64,000 bases of DNA from Oikopleura dioica (lineage: Eukaryota > Animalia > Chordata), in the NCBI GenBank assembly GCA_907165135.1, contig OU015567.1:6510001-6574000 (forward strand), given 5' to 3'. Positions 11,189 to 23,507 of the stretch are shown in pieces (the first letter of the stretch is position 1; every line of letters starts with the position of its first letter). The notes beneath the pieces are model-generated. The model saw only the letters and a program-made list of their open reading frames with translations, was not told the origin of the DNA and made no database searches. The position numbers and the translations under genes are program-made.

Positions 11189-11577
11189 GCTGATCGAACT
11201 GCTGATCGACTGCTTTCAGAAGTGAGTGAGATGATCAATGGAAAGGACTGGTTATATATAGTTGCCTCGCCAAATACCGCCTTGACTCGCCAAACAGTGC
11301 CAACAATGAAATTCAGATGGATAAATTTATCCCACCTCGCAGATTTTTTTGTTGAACTTGGATGTTAATTCGGAAATTCCGGAGTTTTTATCGATTTCAT
11401 GCTGAATAAATTGAACTTTCCCATCTCAAATGGACCATCTGCTTTCAAATTATTGCTGAGTTCGCTAGATGCTTTGGGTGTTTTTTATTTGTATTTATTA
11501 GCTAAAGAATCAGTCAATGAAATCACTTCTGATTAACATGGAGCTAAATGCTTGTTGCATGTTTTAGGGCCTAAAAT

Positions 11578-12144
11578 TTAGGCGCTTCCTTCATAGAACG
11601 AATCTTTCATCCATTCGCTGAGAGGGAGGCCATTTTCGCCTTCAGCAGCATCAATTTTGTTCATGAAAGCTTCCTGCTCATCGAAATGTTCAGGCGCTTC
11701 GAAGCAGTTTCGGCAGACAGAAGTTGTTTCTGCACCGTTTTCTGAATAATAAATATGAAAATCAATAAAAAAAAGTGCGAGCAAACGGTCTCTCTCCATT
11801 CGATTGCATTCGGTAGCACTAGGCATTTGCGGGCAAGGACGAAGATTGTGCCATCGCTCCATCAGGCAGACATCGACCTGTTTGCACCGCGACTCTACTC
11901 TGTAGATCTTCCCTCCTCGTCGTCGTTCGACCATGCTGCAGACCTTGTCTTCTCGGCAAGACACTGGGCCTCCTTCTCGCTCCCAAGCTTGCTCTCTGCA
12001 TTCTTTCCAGGAGTTGCCTTCGCACTTGAAGCACATTGGCCCGGTCATTTGCTTCCCCCAACGAGCGGTGTTGAAATTATTGTCCTCCAGTACTTCGATT
12101 TGAGCGAAGACGACGGTGCCGAAAACGAGTCCGAAAAGTTTCAT
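11578..12144 (-). CDS. Secreted Cys-rich Ly6/uPAR three-finger-like protein
   Basis: Signal-like MKLFGLVFGTVVFA; CFKCEGNSWKEC..C...KVCSMVERRRGG..RCKQVDVC..EC..SVCRNC; one ~45-nt GT-AG intron near 11743-11787. Confidence 0.72.
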   Translation of the reverse strand: MKLFGLVFGTVVFAQIEVLEDNNFNTARWGKQMTGPMCFKCEGNSWKECREQAWEREGGPVSCREDKVCSMVERRRGGKIYRVESRCKQVDVCLMERWHNLRPCPQMPSATECNRMERDRLLALFFIDFHIYYSENGAETTSVCRNCFEAPEHFDEQEAFMNKIDAAEGENGLPLSEWMKDSFYEGSA

Positions 12145-12416
12145 GTTTTTTTTTTACTTTTGCGTGTTTCAGAAATTGATTGTCTGATGGTCTAAGAGAA
12201 AAGTACGGACTTATTTATGACCCATTGAGATAGCGCCACCGCTGGATTAACTTATGCAAAAATATACGAATTACGCAAAACCAAAAGCTCATTTTATTGT
12301 TTTAGACATAACTTCAATTTGCTAAAACGTCGTTGAAAGTGACGTTGGACCACTAAGGACGCGGAAAGTCTCCTTGCGATCATGCAAGTTCAACTTTCAT
12401 TTTGGATATTTCTTTT

Positions 12417-13596
12417 CTAAAGAGTACAGTAATCAACAGGAGCGACATAAATGATTGGGAATCCATATTCAGCCATTTTATGGCCACCAATAACATTAGA
12501 CGAGACAATATTCTCTTCTAAGTCTTTCTAGAGCTCAGAATAAATTTGTAAAAACTAAGAGGTAATATTTTTTCCCAAGAATATCCGAGAATCTAACATT
12601 TTAAAGCTCTTTACTAAAATAACTTTTTGAATTGATTTTGATTGTGATAGCTCGCCATGAGTTCCAGGAAATATGATGATAGAATCATCGAATAATATGG
12701 TTGATGGAGAATAAACAGCCTAAAATTAGGACGCGACGACTATTGTTGATAGTTATTTTACCTTGAAAAGATAGCCAATAACTGACCACTTATTGTTCAT
12801 CAATCGCCAAATTTCATCCAGTGGGTTGCCGATTTTACTATCTAATCCTCCGATAGTCAAAAGGCTTCCAGATGGTAACCCGACCGCAGAAAAGGAGTGA
12901 ATCCACCTAAAAATTAATCTTACTTATCATTTTTTCTCGTTTACTCTGGATGCATTTGTAGCAAAATCCAGCCATCGTCAGTCAATTTCTCAACTGCGCC
13001 GTATGCATATTTTCCTCCGACAACAGTAGGCCGACCATTGTAGAAGGCTAATTCGCCCATCGAATGGATCCCTTCCGGAGCACTAATTTTTGCTAATGAT
13101 TGTCCATCGTACAGCTCACAGGTTTCAACAGCATTAAATTCATCAAAGCCAAAGCAAACCATTGCTAAAAGGGGTTGAATGTACATAAAATTTCATTGAG
13201 AGTAACCTTTACTGCCTTCATTAATAGCTAAAACTGCATGTCCATAGTTATAACGATAAGAAAGCCGGGCAGGTAGTTCTCTGAATTCGCACCTTTCCAA
13301 TCGAGCAATCTATAAAATTTTAAAGCCCTGTCTTTTTGCTTGTACTAATTACCCTATGTCCATCATAATATCCTCCAAAGATATGGAGCTGGTTATCAAG
13401 CAGCGCATGTCTGGAAAAAAGAATGTTAAAAAACGATTCCTCGAAGGCTACTTTTTTATTGATCGACCATCCATCAGCAAGTAATGCATATGGACTCATC
13501 GGTCCAGAACCAGCACTTTTTATAGGCAATATCACATTCATCTGGAGCGATGAATCAGAAGAGAAGATAAAGTTTTGAACCTCCACATTTCCAGAC
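12417..13596 (-). CDS. Kelch-like beta-propeller exons (3' part of a larger gene)
   Basis: Six exons in consistent phase, no stops: LHIFGGYYDGHR|IARLERCEFRELP..|MVCFGFDEFNAVETCELYDG..VVGGK..|LLTIGGLD..EIWRL..|..FPIIYVAPVDYCTL*. Confidence 0.8.
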
Positions 13597-13835
13597 TTAA
13601 GGGATCATCCCCCGATTTTTCAAAACTTTGGCACCGGTCATTATCGCCTATGATTAGATTCCTCGTGTTCTGAGGATCATTTTGATGTATGATAGTACCC
13701 CTTTTCATAAATGCATCCCCGAAATTTTGGCTCCCAAAGTTCGGGAAAATGCATGTAAATTGTACTTAGCGTGAAAATCGCATTTTTTTTTCGATTTTTC
13801 ATTGTCATCGAAATAACACAAACAAGGGGAGGGGG

Positions 13836-13941
13836 TCGAAACTATTCTGCATGCAGAATTATTTCGTCGGAAAATAGCCCTTTTTTCGACGAAACTATTC
13901 TGCATTTTGCAGAACTATTCTGCATGCAGAATAGTTTCGAA
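13836..13941. repeat. Array of palindromic units (CTATTCTGCATGCAGAATAG core)
   Basis: GAAACTATTCTGCA recurs three times (one copy as GAACTATTCTGCA); includes a perfect 20-bp palindrome. Confidence 0.8.
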
Positions 13942-14328
13942 GGTTTCCCCAAACAAGGGCTCTTTCGAAAGCTTAGAATGTGAAGATTACGAATATAATA
14001 ACCGCATTAAAATTTTCAGCCAATTGTTGGCGCTAGAGAGCATTCAAACCCCCAAATAACGCCAAAAATCGTTTCAAAAAGTTTTACAACTATAATTTTT
14101 TTATTCACTTATCCGATCATGCTGATTCTACCAAAAAATATAGATTAGCGTCTATACTTTTAGATAAACCAAAAAGATTTTGGATCCTAAAGCCCAAAAA
14201 AAAGTAGATACGATTTGAAAATGACCTAAAATGGCCATTTTTCAAAATGTTAATCACTTTGACGGCCTGTAATGCATAAGCGAATGATTCTACCAGAATT
14301 TGCTCCTTTTGAAGCGGGCTTTCTAATG

Positions 14329-14610
14329 CGGGGAGACGGACGGTGCCGGTACCAAATTTAGTACCCGGTACCAAAATTGGAACCCGGCACCAAAAATTGG
14401 TACCCGGTACCAAAGTCAAACATTTTTTCTGACTCATCAAAAAACTAATGTCCGCTCCGCGGCTGAAGTGTAAGAAAACTTCATTTATTGACCGAATACA
14501 CCTTTTAAAATCAATTTCGGCTCGGTATCCTGACATTATTTTGGTACCGGGTACCAGAAATTTGGTACCGGGTACCAATTTTGGATTGGTACCGGCACCG
14601 TCCGTCCCCG
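14329..14610. mobile_element. 282-bp MITE with subterminal GGTACCCGGTACC arrays
   Basis: TIR CGGGG(AG)ACGGACGGTGCCGGTACCAA; flanking direct repeat CTAATG at 14323-14328 and 14611-14616. Confidence 0.85.
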
Positions 14611-14692
14611 CTAATGCGCACAAAACCAGCTTCCTACGTATGCTCAAAAAAGTAGATAGAGGTCAAAGTTGACGAAATGGGGGATCCCTTAA

Positions 14693-17600
14693 ACTTGAAG
14701 ATCCTGATCTTTTTGTTTTTGAATGTTTCAAGTCCTTTTATATTTTTTATTTTTCGTTGCTTATTGAATTCGATAAAAGATGATTTTAAAAGAGAATTTG
14801 AATTAATTTTCAATTCTGTCGATCCTGATGCATTTTTTGTGAAATAAATCGTCCGTCAAAATAATCTGAATCCACCCAAAGGGAGCTCCTATGAATGCCA
14901 ATCGTAAAAAGTTGCTTCCGTTAAAAAATTGGGCTTCGATGATTTTTCTATCTTTTGAAAAGCTTAAATTCTTCGGAAAATAGATTTGCAGCTCAAAAGT
15001 TTCTGTCACATTAAACTTCATTTGAACAGTCGAAATGTGTTCTAACTCTTCGAGAGAAGAGAATAAGTTGTTTGGGATGATCGTTTTGAAGAAACAGCTG
15101 GGGCGAGGAAAACGTGGCTGGGAGACAGCATTCTTGGCGAATGCTGGAAAAACATCGTCGTGGAAGGCGAAAAACGGATTGCTGGTCACGTGCATTTTCT
15201 TTTCAGCCTTTTGTTGGACAAATTCTAGCTCTACTTGTTCTTTCAGTGGGATTTTATGCCAGTAAATTCAACGCCAAAATGTCTAACATTGTCAAAATTG
15301 ATAAATCCCCAACAAAATGATAGACAATCTCAAAAGTAGCATCAAAAACGTAGTTCTGAATGTAAATTCGTTCATTATTGACTATTGCATTCGCGAAGTA
15401 CTCGCATTCATCGTTGTTGATTCCACTCTGATCCGTGTATAAAGGATCATTTGGAGCAAATAAATTCGAGGTACAGATGGCAGGGTTCGGTAATTTGAGC
15501 TCACGCTAAAACTCAAGGAAACAAAGCTTGAGACTCACGTTTTTAATTTGAGTTTTGAGAACTCAGAGATGAGAAATCAATTCTGGCGATCCATGAGCCA
15601 ATCAAGGAAGCGCTCGCTTAATTTGAGTTTTGAAAACTCAAAACTCTCAAATCTCCCAAAACTCAAAGCTCTCAAAATCTCAAATCTTCTCAAAATGATT
15701 TCTCAAGTCACTTTGAGTTCTCAATTTGAGGAAATTTGAGCGTCTAGCCAAAATGAGTTTTAGCTTGAGCTCAAATTACCGAACCCTGACAGATGGACAC
15801 TTCATCGTATTCTACAAGAGAGCCTATCCACTCTCTGGCGAGAGTCAGAAATTTTCCATCTGCTTCTAGCAATACTGAATACAGCGTGTTTGACAGGGCG
15901 ATACTTCTTGACACGAGAATCAAAAGCAACTTTCCCGAATCGATCTTTTCGGCGTTGAAAATATCATCTTATACCATTTCATCTTATCAAAAAATTTCCA
16001 ACCCTTTTCAAAGGAACGACATGGACCGGGTCCAAGTCTCTTAATTCCGCAGGCAAGCCAACTTCGCCCTTCTTCCATCCTCTCTCCAATTCTTCACTTC
16101 TTCTTATTCTGTTTAAAGCCATCGTTGTCGAGAGTTTGATATAATGATCACCCATTCTGACACTCATCAGATAAAATACGCCATTAAAACTGGCCGACGA
16201 AACTTTCGCATTGAAATGATTACTGGCGATGTAGCCCTGAGCTTCTTCAAAACGATTCAAATTGAAATCAGGAGCGTAGTAGAAGCATTTCTCCGAACGT
16301 CCAGTTGGAGCGCTTTTCACGGTCAAAAATATCGGCAATCAATTTTCTAATCCTCAATTTTCATCTCCCTCATTTTTGACCTTTTTCAAATTGCGACGAC
16401 GGGGAAAATGTTTCTATCCTTTTCTTTTCGGCGTATCTGAATCTGATGAGTACCAATTGATGATCCAAAATGAAAAAGAAAGAATCCTCTTTAAAAATAT
16501 CAGTAAAAAGGACGATAAGAAAAATGAACATACACTCTTCTGTGGCGATTAAGAACAAAAAGTGAAACATCACCATTTTCCCTGAGTATCATTAAATTTC
16601 CAATCGCATCGACCAAGTAATGCTCCCCAGAAAGAAAAGTAGCACCAGTTGACTTCGCTGTTTTTATTGATCTGTTAATTGTGAGCCAGTTTTTCAATAA
16701 AAACGTTCATAAGGAAGCAAAGAATCTGAAGCTTTCAATATATTTTGCTTTTTCTTTCCACTAAAATCGGTAAAAACAATCGGGAACTCTTTTTGTTCCT
16801 CATTTTTTGAATTTTCCCAGCGACCAGTTATCAGTTTAATGTTTTCTTTCCCAAAAGTTTGTGCGGCTGTGGAACTCTTTTGCAAGTCAAAAGCAGGAAT
16901 CATTTTCTGTCGCGATCCAAGTTTTTGGCATTCGTAATAAGGACAAGGACAGCCAAGAGGACAATACTTTTGAGTTGGACAAACTTCTCCAGCGGATTCA
17001 GAAGTTCTAGTCAGCTCGAAGCAGATCGACTCACAGGGAGCAATCGGGTAAGTCCTTGTTGATTCCAAAACTAAGGTTTCTGAACAAAGATGTCGGCAAA
17101 TTTTCTGATCGTAAAGCTTTTTCTTTTGACAGCGGCGGAGATTCACTTCGTTTTCTTCGTCAGAGTAAACGAGATGCTTTTTTTCTTTTGATTCGATTTT
17201 AGAAATCGGGCCTGGGAGGCTGAATTCTTCCGTTTCATAGCACTGCTTCATCAGGTGCCCACAGTAGTCCATCGTGGCAATTTGAACGCATTTCTTGTAG
17301 TTTCGGTTACAAGTTGTTGTCAGAAAAGTCGAAACACCGCGAGATAGCTTCAATGAGTAGAAATTCGCTAAAAATATCAAAACAAAAAGGGAACTTATAG
17401 CGATAAATTACCAATAAGCATGATCGTTATCCAAAAAACTGACCCAATTCCAAGATATGTGACCCTTTGAGGCGTTGTCGAAAAACCATGGCGAGCAAAG
17501 CTCAGTCGGGCGTTGACTTTTTTCTTCCATGTCTTCTTCTTTTTCAAATCTTGTTTCTGCGTATGAATGCTTCGGATTGTTAGAATTTCTTCTGGAAGCA

Positions 17601-17760
17601 AAAAAACTTGGCCATTCATCTGATGAAGAAAACCGATGCAATGGCAATCCAAACACTTTGAAGAAATAGTCAATTCCAAATTATTTTATTAAATTTATAC
17701 CTGAATTTTCGCCTTATTAATTTCACTTGTATTTGTTTCCGTTTCTTCTTCAATAGTCAT
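14693..17760 (-). CDS. Type II membrane protein with Cys-rich region (GCPCPYYEC); probably the 5' part of the kelch-like gene. Joins near 15255, 14810 and 15975 are unresolved
   Basis: MTIEEE..KIQ|CLDCHC..VTYLGIGSVFWITIMLIA|NFY (TM) then CPTQKYCPLGCPCPYYECQK; long open frames at 16694-17380, 15979-16338, 15960-15255 (once the MITE is removed) and 14803-15240. Confidence 0.6.
15481..15788. mobile_element. 308-bp hAT-type MITE inserted in a coding exon
   Basis: About 35-bp TIR CAGGGTTCGGTAATTTGAGCTCA(C/A)GCTAAAACTCA; exact 8-bp TSD ACAGATGG at 15473-15480 and 15789-15796; the empty site reads EVSICTSNLF in frame. Confidence 0.93.
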
Positions 17761-17982
17761 GGTAAATTGGAATAATCTCTAGCTGCGCAAGGAAATTTTT
17801 TTTAACAAATTGTAAAAATGGCAAAAAAACTCGATGGTGCGAATCGCGGACGGTACTTTTTCTGACAGCTCGACATTCAAGTCTTCCCTCACGACTTAGC
17901 GTCATATCATATGAGTTTCTTTTCGGGTCACTTGCTTTGTCAACTTTATTCAAAATACAATCAAGGAAGAGAACAGTGTTCA

Positions 17983-20164
17983 CTAAGATAAAATTTTGGG
18001 AATGATTTCCTCGGAAATATTGAGCTGCGACATTTTGTTGCTCATCTTTGTCGCTAAGCAGCTTTGGTGCTGATCGCTAGAAGTCGCCGAGCAGTTTTTC
18101 GGATGCCATTTGTGGAATAAACTTGGATCGTGAGCGCGGATTATGTTCAACTGAAAATATTATTTATGAAAAAAATTTTTTCGTTCATTTACTTTTTTGG
18201 AAATGCACTCGTCTGCGAATTCAATATCTTCTCCTCCCCATCCTTTCAGGAAGGTGTTGAGTCCATTTGTGAGTTGGTATGTTTTCTTGCTCATAGCAAC
18301 CATTCCGTAAGAATACAGTCGCCAGTAGCCGTTTTCGTCGGTTATATTTTGACCAGCGTTGATTTCAAACTGACTTCAAGGGAAAAAATTTTCAAAAATA
18401 CCAAGAAAAATTCTTACCTGAAGAAAACGGGGAAGAAAACGGAGTTTTCAACGGTCAATAATCTGACTCGATCGAGAATGTCTGCTTTTAAAATGAGATC
18501 CACGTCGGAAACGAAGAAGACCTCCTCTTCTTCCAGCATCGATATTCCCTGGTTGATGCAATCAGCTCGATTGAAAGGCAGATCTTGACAGGGCACCGTT
18601 GATATTTGCTGGTTTCCGTACTCAATGGGAAGTTTGGAGGCGAGATATTCGGAGATATCATCAAGTTCGGCGTTGACCACGGCGACCACGAGCTTAAGAT
18701 TGCCATCTTCTGCAGAAAGCTCTTGATACTGGTCTATGAATCGATGAAATGTGTCTCCACGGCCACTTATTGGAACGATAATTGTCAGAGATCTTTTTTT
18801 GATCAGAGAATCTTTCGTGATTTTACTTGGTTCTGTCATCCAGGTCTTGCAGTTCATTTCTTGAATGAAGACGTCAATCGAGTCGCTGAATTCATCAGAA
18901 AATTGGACGACGAAATACTCATTGTTATGCCCGTAGTAGACATTCTTATCTGTGATTTCATTTCCCCAGCCTTTTTGGGTAAGAGCATTTTGCAGATTTC
19001 TCGGCGGCCGCATGACAAAAGCCGGCGCGACTTCTGAATATCGCTTTTCCCAGTGCTCGCCCCAATCTTCTATTTTTCGGTAAAGAATTTTATTCAGCAT
19101 GCTGACTTCCAATTCGCCTTTCATTGAACTTTCCTTGAATCTGGAAATGTACAATGACAGATTTTTGGCTCGATTCTTGAGCAGTTCTTTTCTGATTTCT
19201 CGCTGGTTTTCTGGCGTTTTTGCTGCATGGAGAGTTATTGCTGGTTCGATGATATCTTCTCCCAGATCATCTGGGACTTTGAAATTATCGCTGTACCCGA
19301 CATCGCCTGGTTCGACGTTTTTCTTCCAGTTATTGTGCATGAGCGCGTTCATTTCATAACTCTTGGTGCAGTAGACATCGAGTTTCTCCCAAATGCATCT
19401 GCAGAGCTCAATATCTTCATGATTCGTGTACAGCTGTTTCGTACAAGCGGGAACATGTGGTTTCATGTCCCTGACCAAAGCGCTGGAAAAGATCATTCCC
19501 GGGCCTCCCATGCAGTAAAACTTGCCAGGTGGGATGAAATCATCGGCGTCGCGGCCAAAACCTGGGCTTCCGATGAGATGATGTTTTGAAGAGTCAATTT
19601 TTGACAGGAAACGAGAAAGATTTTCCCACTGAATAACAGAATCGTCGTCGATTCTCATGAACCAGTCGTATTCGTCAGCCAAAGAACCGAAATGAGCTAG
19701 AAAGATGAGTTTAAAGAATGGTTACTGTTTCTTACAGAGCATTCTGAAGGACTTTTCTTGCGGTGGATAGATGTAGTCATCGACAGAAAGCGTTGTTGTC
19801 AACCCTTCGAAGCCTTCAATAGGGCTGGAGAAAAATCGAAGAGTAGCTTCTTCCTCATTTATCTCTTTTAGCCAAGTTTCTAAAAGGTTCTTCTTTGATT
19901 TCTTCTGTTTTAAAAGGTACCTTTTATAGCAGCGCCGCGAGTTTTTAGATAATCAGGAGTAGTCATGATTCCGATGAAGACTTTTTTCTTTGGCCATTTC
20001 TCTTGTTGGGTGATCTTCGATGCTCTCGATTGATTTGAAGGTCTCTGCCATTCTCTAAAGTTGCAAGAAGAGAGTTTCAAGAACTGGAAAGCCTCTCCTA
20101 TCACAAAGCCAATAACGATTGATAGAAAAAGGTTCCATTTAAAAACGCGGAAAAACTGCCGCAT
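17983..20164 (-). CDS. CHSY1: Chondroitin sulfate synthase (CHSY family)
   Basis: N-terminal TM segment; VFIGIMTTPDYLKTRGAAIKETW, YPPQEKSF, YDWFMRIDDD, YCMGGPG, HEDIELCRC, FFVSDVDL, FFPVFFSQF, GWGGEDIE, LFHKWHPKNC; GT-AG introns. Confidence 0.92.
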
Positions 20165-20697
20165 TTTTTTTGTTTTGAAAGTTCGCTTGACAGACTGGAA
20201 TTTTGAATTCACTACTCTCGCTGTTTTATAGCTGCTTCTGTTTATAACAAGTGACACTCGCGAACTTGAGGTCGGCCATTAGATTCATTTCTATTTTCTG
20301 ACGGAAAAATAACAACGATGTTTTTTTGCTTGAAGAAGCCAAAACCGAGCATTTCCATATTCCCGGCGCTCTTTTCCTACCGTACTTGAAAAATGAACGT
20401 AAAACCTCGGTTGCCCAGGGCAATCGCCCATATTTTCAAATATTTGTTACAAGGTGTTTCCCAAAATCCAAATTCGAAAATTGTAACATTCGATTTTTTC
20501 TCTAGATCTTTTGGAGGCGTGCTCGTTTTTGCCCCAAGCGCGTGTCAGAAGGAAAAAAGATAGAGACAGAATTTTTTTCTTGAGATTTTTGGAGAGCGCA
20601 ATTGTCCGCGCCCTGCACAATGACCCTTAATTAACACCGCCTCAGCAAATAAGGAGAACTCAGAAATCTGAATCAGAAGAACTGCTAATTAGAAAAG

Positions 20698-23507
20698 ATG
20701 CCGGACGAAACGGTTAAAGTTATCGTGCGATGTCGGCCGATGAATTCGAGAGAAAAATCGCTGAAATGTGATGTCAGTGTCGATGTCCATTCGGATATTG
20801 GACAGATTCAGCTGAAAAAGGTGGGATTTTTTAGTGAAATTTTCTTTTGAAAGACATTTTTTTTTAATTGATATTTTTTTTTCAGTCTGCGAATTCGTCA
20901 GAACCGCCAAAAGCCTTCACATTTGACGGATCCTACGGAGTCGATTCGGACACAGCAAATATGTAAATATGCGATAATTTATCGCCGATAAAGATGTTTT
21001 CATTGAGCGCTAAAATAATATTTACAGCTACGAGGATGCCGCTTACAATTTAGTGGAAGGGGTAATTGAAGGATACAATGGCACTGTGTTTGCTTATGGC
21101 CAGACTGGATGTGGAAAATCCTTCACAATGCAGGTAGCTTACGTTGCAGTTTCCCCAACAATACTCAACACTTGAAAATTAAGGGTATCCAAGCTCAACG
21201 AGGCGTGATTCCACGAGCCTTCCAGCACATTTTTGAAGCAATAGCCGTCGCGGAAAACACAAAATACCTCGTTCGCGCGAGTTATTTGGAAATCTACAAC
21301 GAGGACGTCCGCGATTTGCTCGGAAAAGACATCAAAACGAAGCTAGAACTAAAAGAAAATCCAGACAAAGGAGTTTACATCAAAGGCCTGTCGAATTCGA
21401 TCGTAAATACTGTCGAAGAGTGCGAGAAGCTGATGGAAAAGGGCTGGAACAATCGATCAGTCGGGGAGACGCTGATGAACAAGGACTCCAGTAGATCTCA
21501 CAGTATATTCACCATCAACATCGAAGCAGCAGAGCAAGTCGAAGGGCAGAAGGACAAAATTCGCGCTGGAAAGCTGAACCTGGTCGATTTGGCTGGCTCT
21601 GAGAGACAAAGCAAAACAGGCGCTACTGGTGCCCGGCTGAAAGAAGCGACGAAGATTAATTTATCGCTCTCAGCTTTGGGAAATGTTATTTCAGCGCTGG
21701 TCGACGGAAAATCTAAGCACATTCCTTACAGGTAAACTTCGACATCGTCTTTGTTTAATCATCTAATTCTAGAGACTCAAAACTGACCCGTTTGCTGCAG
21801 GACTCTCTCGGTGGCAACACGAAAACGCTCATGATCGCCTGCATCTCTCCTGCTGACAACAACTACGACGAGACCTTGTCTACTCTGCGATACGCCAACA
21901 GAGCGAAAAATATCAAAAACAAGCCTAAAATCAACGAAGATCCAAAAGACGCCCTTCTCCGGCAATACCAAGAAGAAATCGCCCAACTCAAAGCTATGCT
22001 GGAAGGAAAACCGCTGCCAAATATGTCTCCTGGTGCAACTATCGAATCGTCAGGCGATGTTAAAGCTGGAAGAACAGATTCTAGCGTGGATTTAGACGAA
22101 GAAAGAGAAAAAATACGAGAAGAGCTGAAGCGCGAATTCGATTCTGAGTTGAAAAAGCTGAAATCGGAGGGAAAAACGGAAATGACCGCAGATGTGATTC
22201 ACAAATTAGAGGAGCGCGTTGGAGGAGCACTCGTCGGCGGAGAAGACAAAAACAACGAAGAGAAGAAGAAAAAAGTCAAAAACAGGAAGAAAAAAGCTGA
22301 CGAGCGGAAAGAGCGAATCAGGAACTATGCTAACGATGTGAGTCTTCCTTGATTTCAGAATTTTCAATTATAAATTTTAGCTTCGCTCATCTTGGCAAAA
22401 TAAGGTGAAAAATATAGAATCTTTCATATTTTTTACGTACTAGCGCTTTTTTACCGCAAAATACCAACCCTCAAACATAGAAAAACTAAAATTAAGGATG
22501 ATATGGGAGGCTTGCTACGAGTCTACGACGATGTGAACGATCAGGTTCGAAGACAAGCAATCGTCATTGAGAATTTGAAAATGAGGCTCAAGCAGAAAGG
22601 TTTCCATTGATCCTCTTTTAATCTCAAAGATGGATTTAGACAGCGAAATCAACGATCTAAGCAGCGAGTTCCAGGAGACAAAAGAAGAGTATCTCGACGA
22701 CATCCGCGAAGCTACCCGAGAAAATGACTTGCTAGACGCTCTACTCAGTAATCTTCCCTTTTGATACAGTTTTTCACTTGATTTTAGGACAAATACAGCC
22801 ACTGATAAGACGAGACTCGAATTATTACTCGATCGAGAAGATAAAAAGCCAGTGCGTTTGGAACGACGACCAGAAGAAATGGGTTCTTCCGAGGCCGCAA
22901 ATTCTCAACGTAAGTTCTTTCTCCTCGCCTAGAGAAACGAGTTGATTATTAATCAAAGGATCGCCTTCCACAAATGAACGGCAATGCAAGTCGGAGCGTT
23001 CCACGAGGATCGTCAAGAGGGGGCTATCCTCAAGAACCACCGCCCAGTCGCTCGCAGGTAAAAAGAGAAAACAAAGAGAAACAAGAATCAACTTTTCGAA
23101 AAAAGAGATATCGTATTTACACCGTTTCTTCAAATGCTTTCCAAGCGTAAGATCTGTAAAAAAAATAATATAAGCGTACAAAGACGATTTATGAAATGGC
23201 ACTGTCCCCGAGGCGGCGACCCAGGGTAAACTTGATTTTTGGGTGAGATCATTTTTTATATAATTATTCCTATATTGCTAGTTTTATACTCAACCGTAGT
23301 GCTCATTGCTTTATTCTTTGAGTCCACGATTAAGCTTCTCTTCAGTCATATGGATCAGTAGAAGACCCGTACAACCAGCGCGCGTATCATCCTCAATACG
23401 GAGCAGTTCCGAACTCTTCTAGCGAGTCGCTCTCCTCAAATGTGGACCCTTTACCGCCGCCAATGCCCATCAAAAAGCCTTCAAAACTGAATCCTCTGTT
23501 CAAGTGA
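20698..23507 (+). CDS. KIF17: Kinesin-2, KIF17/OSM-3 type
   Basis: [105 protein letters not shown]; head-to-head with CHSY across about 530 bp. Confidence 0.93.

Larger units (their letters stand above)
9197..11637. repeat. Copy 2 of the tandem segmental duplication
   Basis: Colinear with 4091-6551; continues into the full Ly6-like gene. Confidence 0.92.
13601..14688. mobile_element. 1088-bp non-autonomous element with TTAA target duplication and GG..CC termini, containing nested MITEs
   Basis: TTAA at 13597-13600 and 14689-14692; imperfect TIR GGGATCATCCCCCGATT / GGGATCCCCCATT; removing the element and one TTAA rejoins an open frame KIRIFKFKSGNVEVQNF. Confidence 0.68.

Noticed and set aside
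14117-14672. ORFs 14117-14647 and 14448-14672
   Set aside because: Products of the GGTACC-array MITE (repeated LVPGT), not host genes
22590-22640. Apparent GG donor in KIF17
   Set aside because: A canonical 40-nt GT-AG intron using the later TTTAG acceptor gives the length expected from KIF17 (QKDSEINDL)
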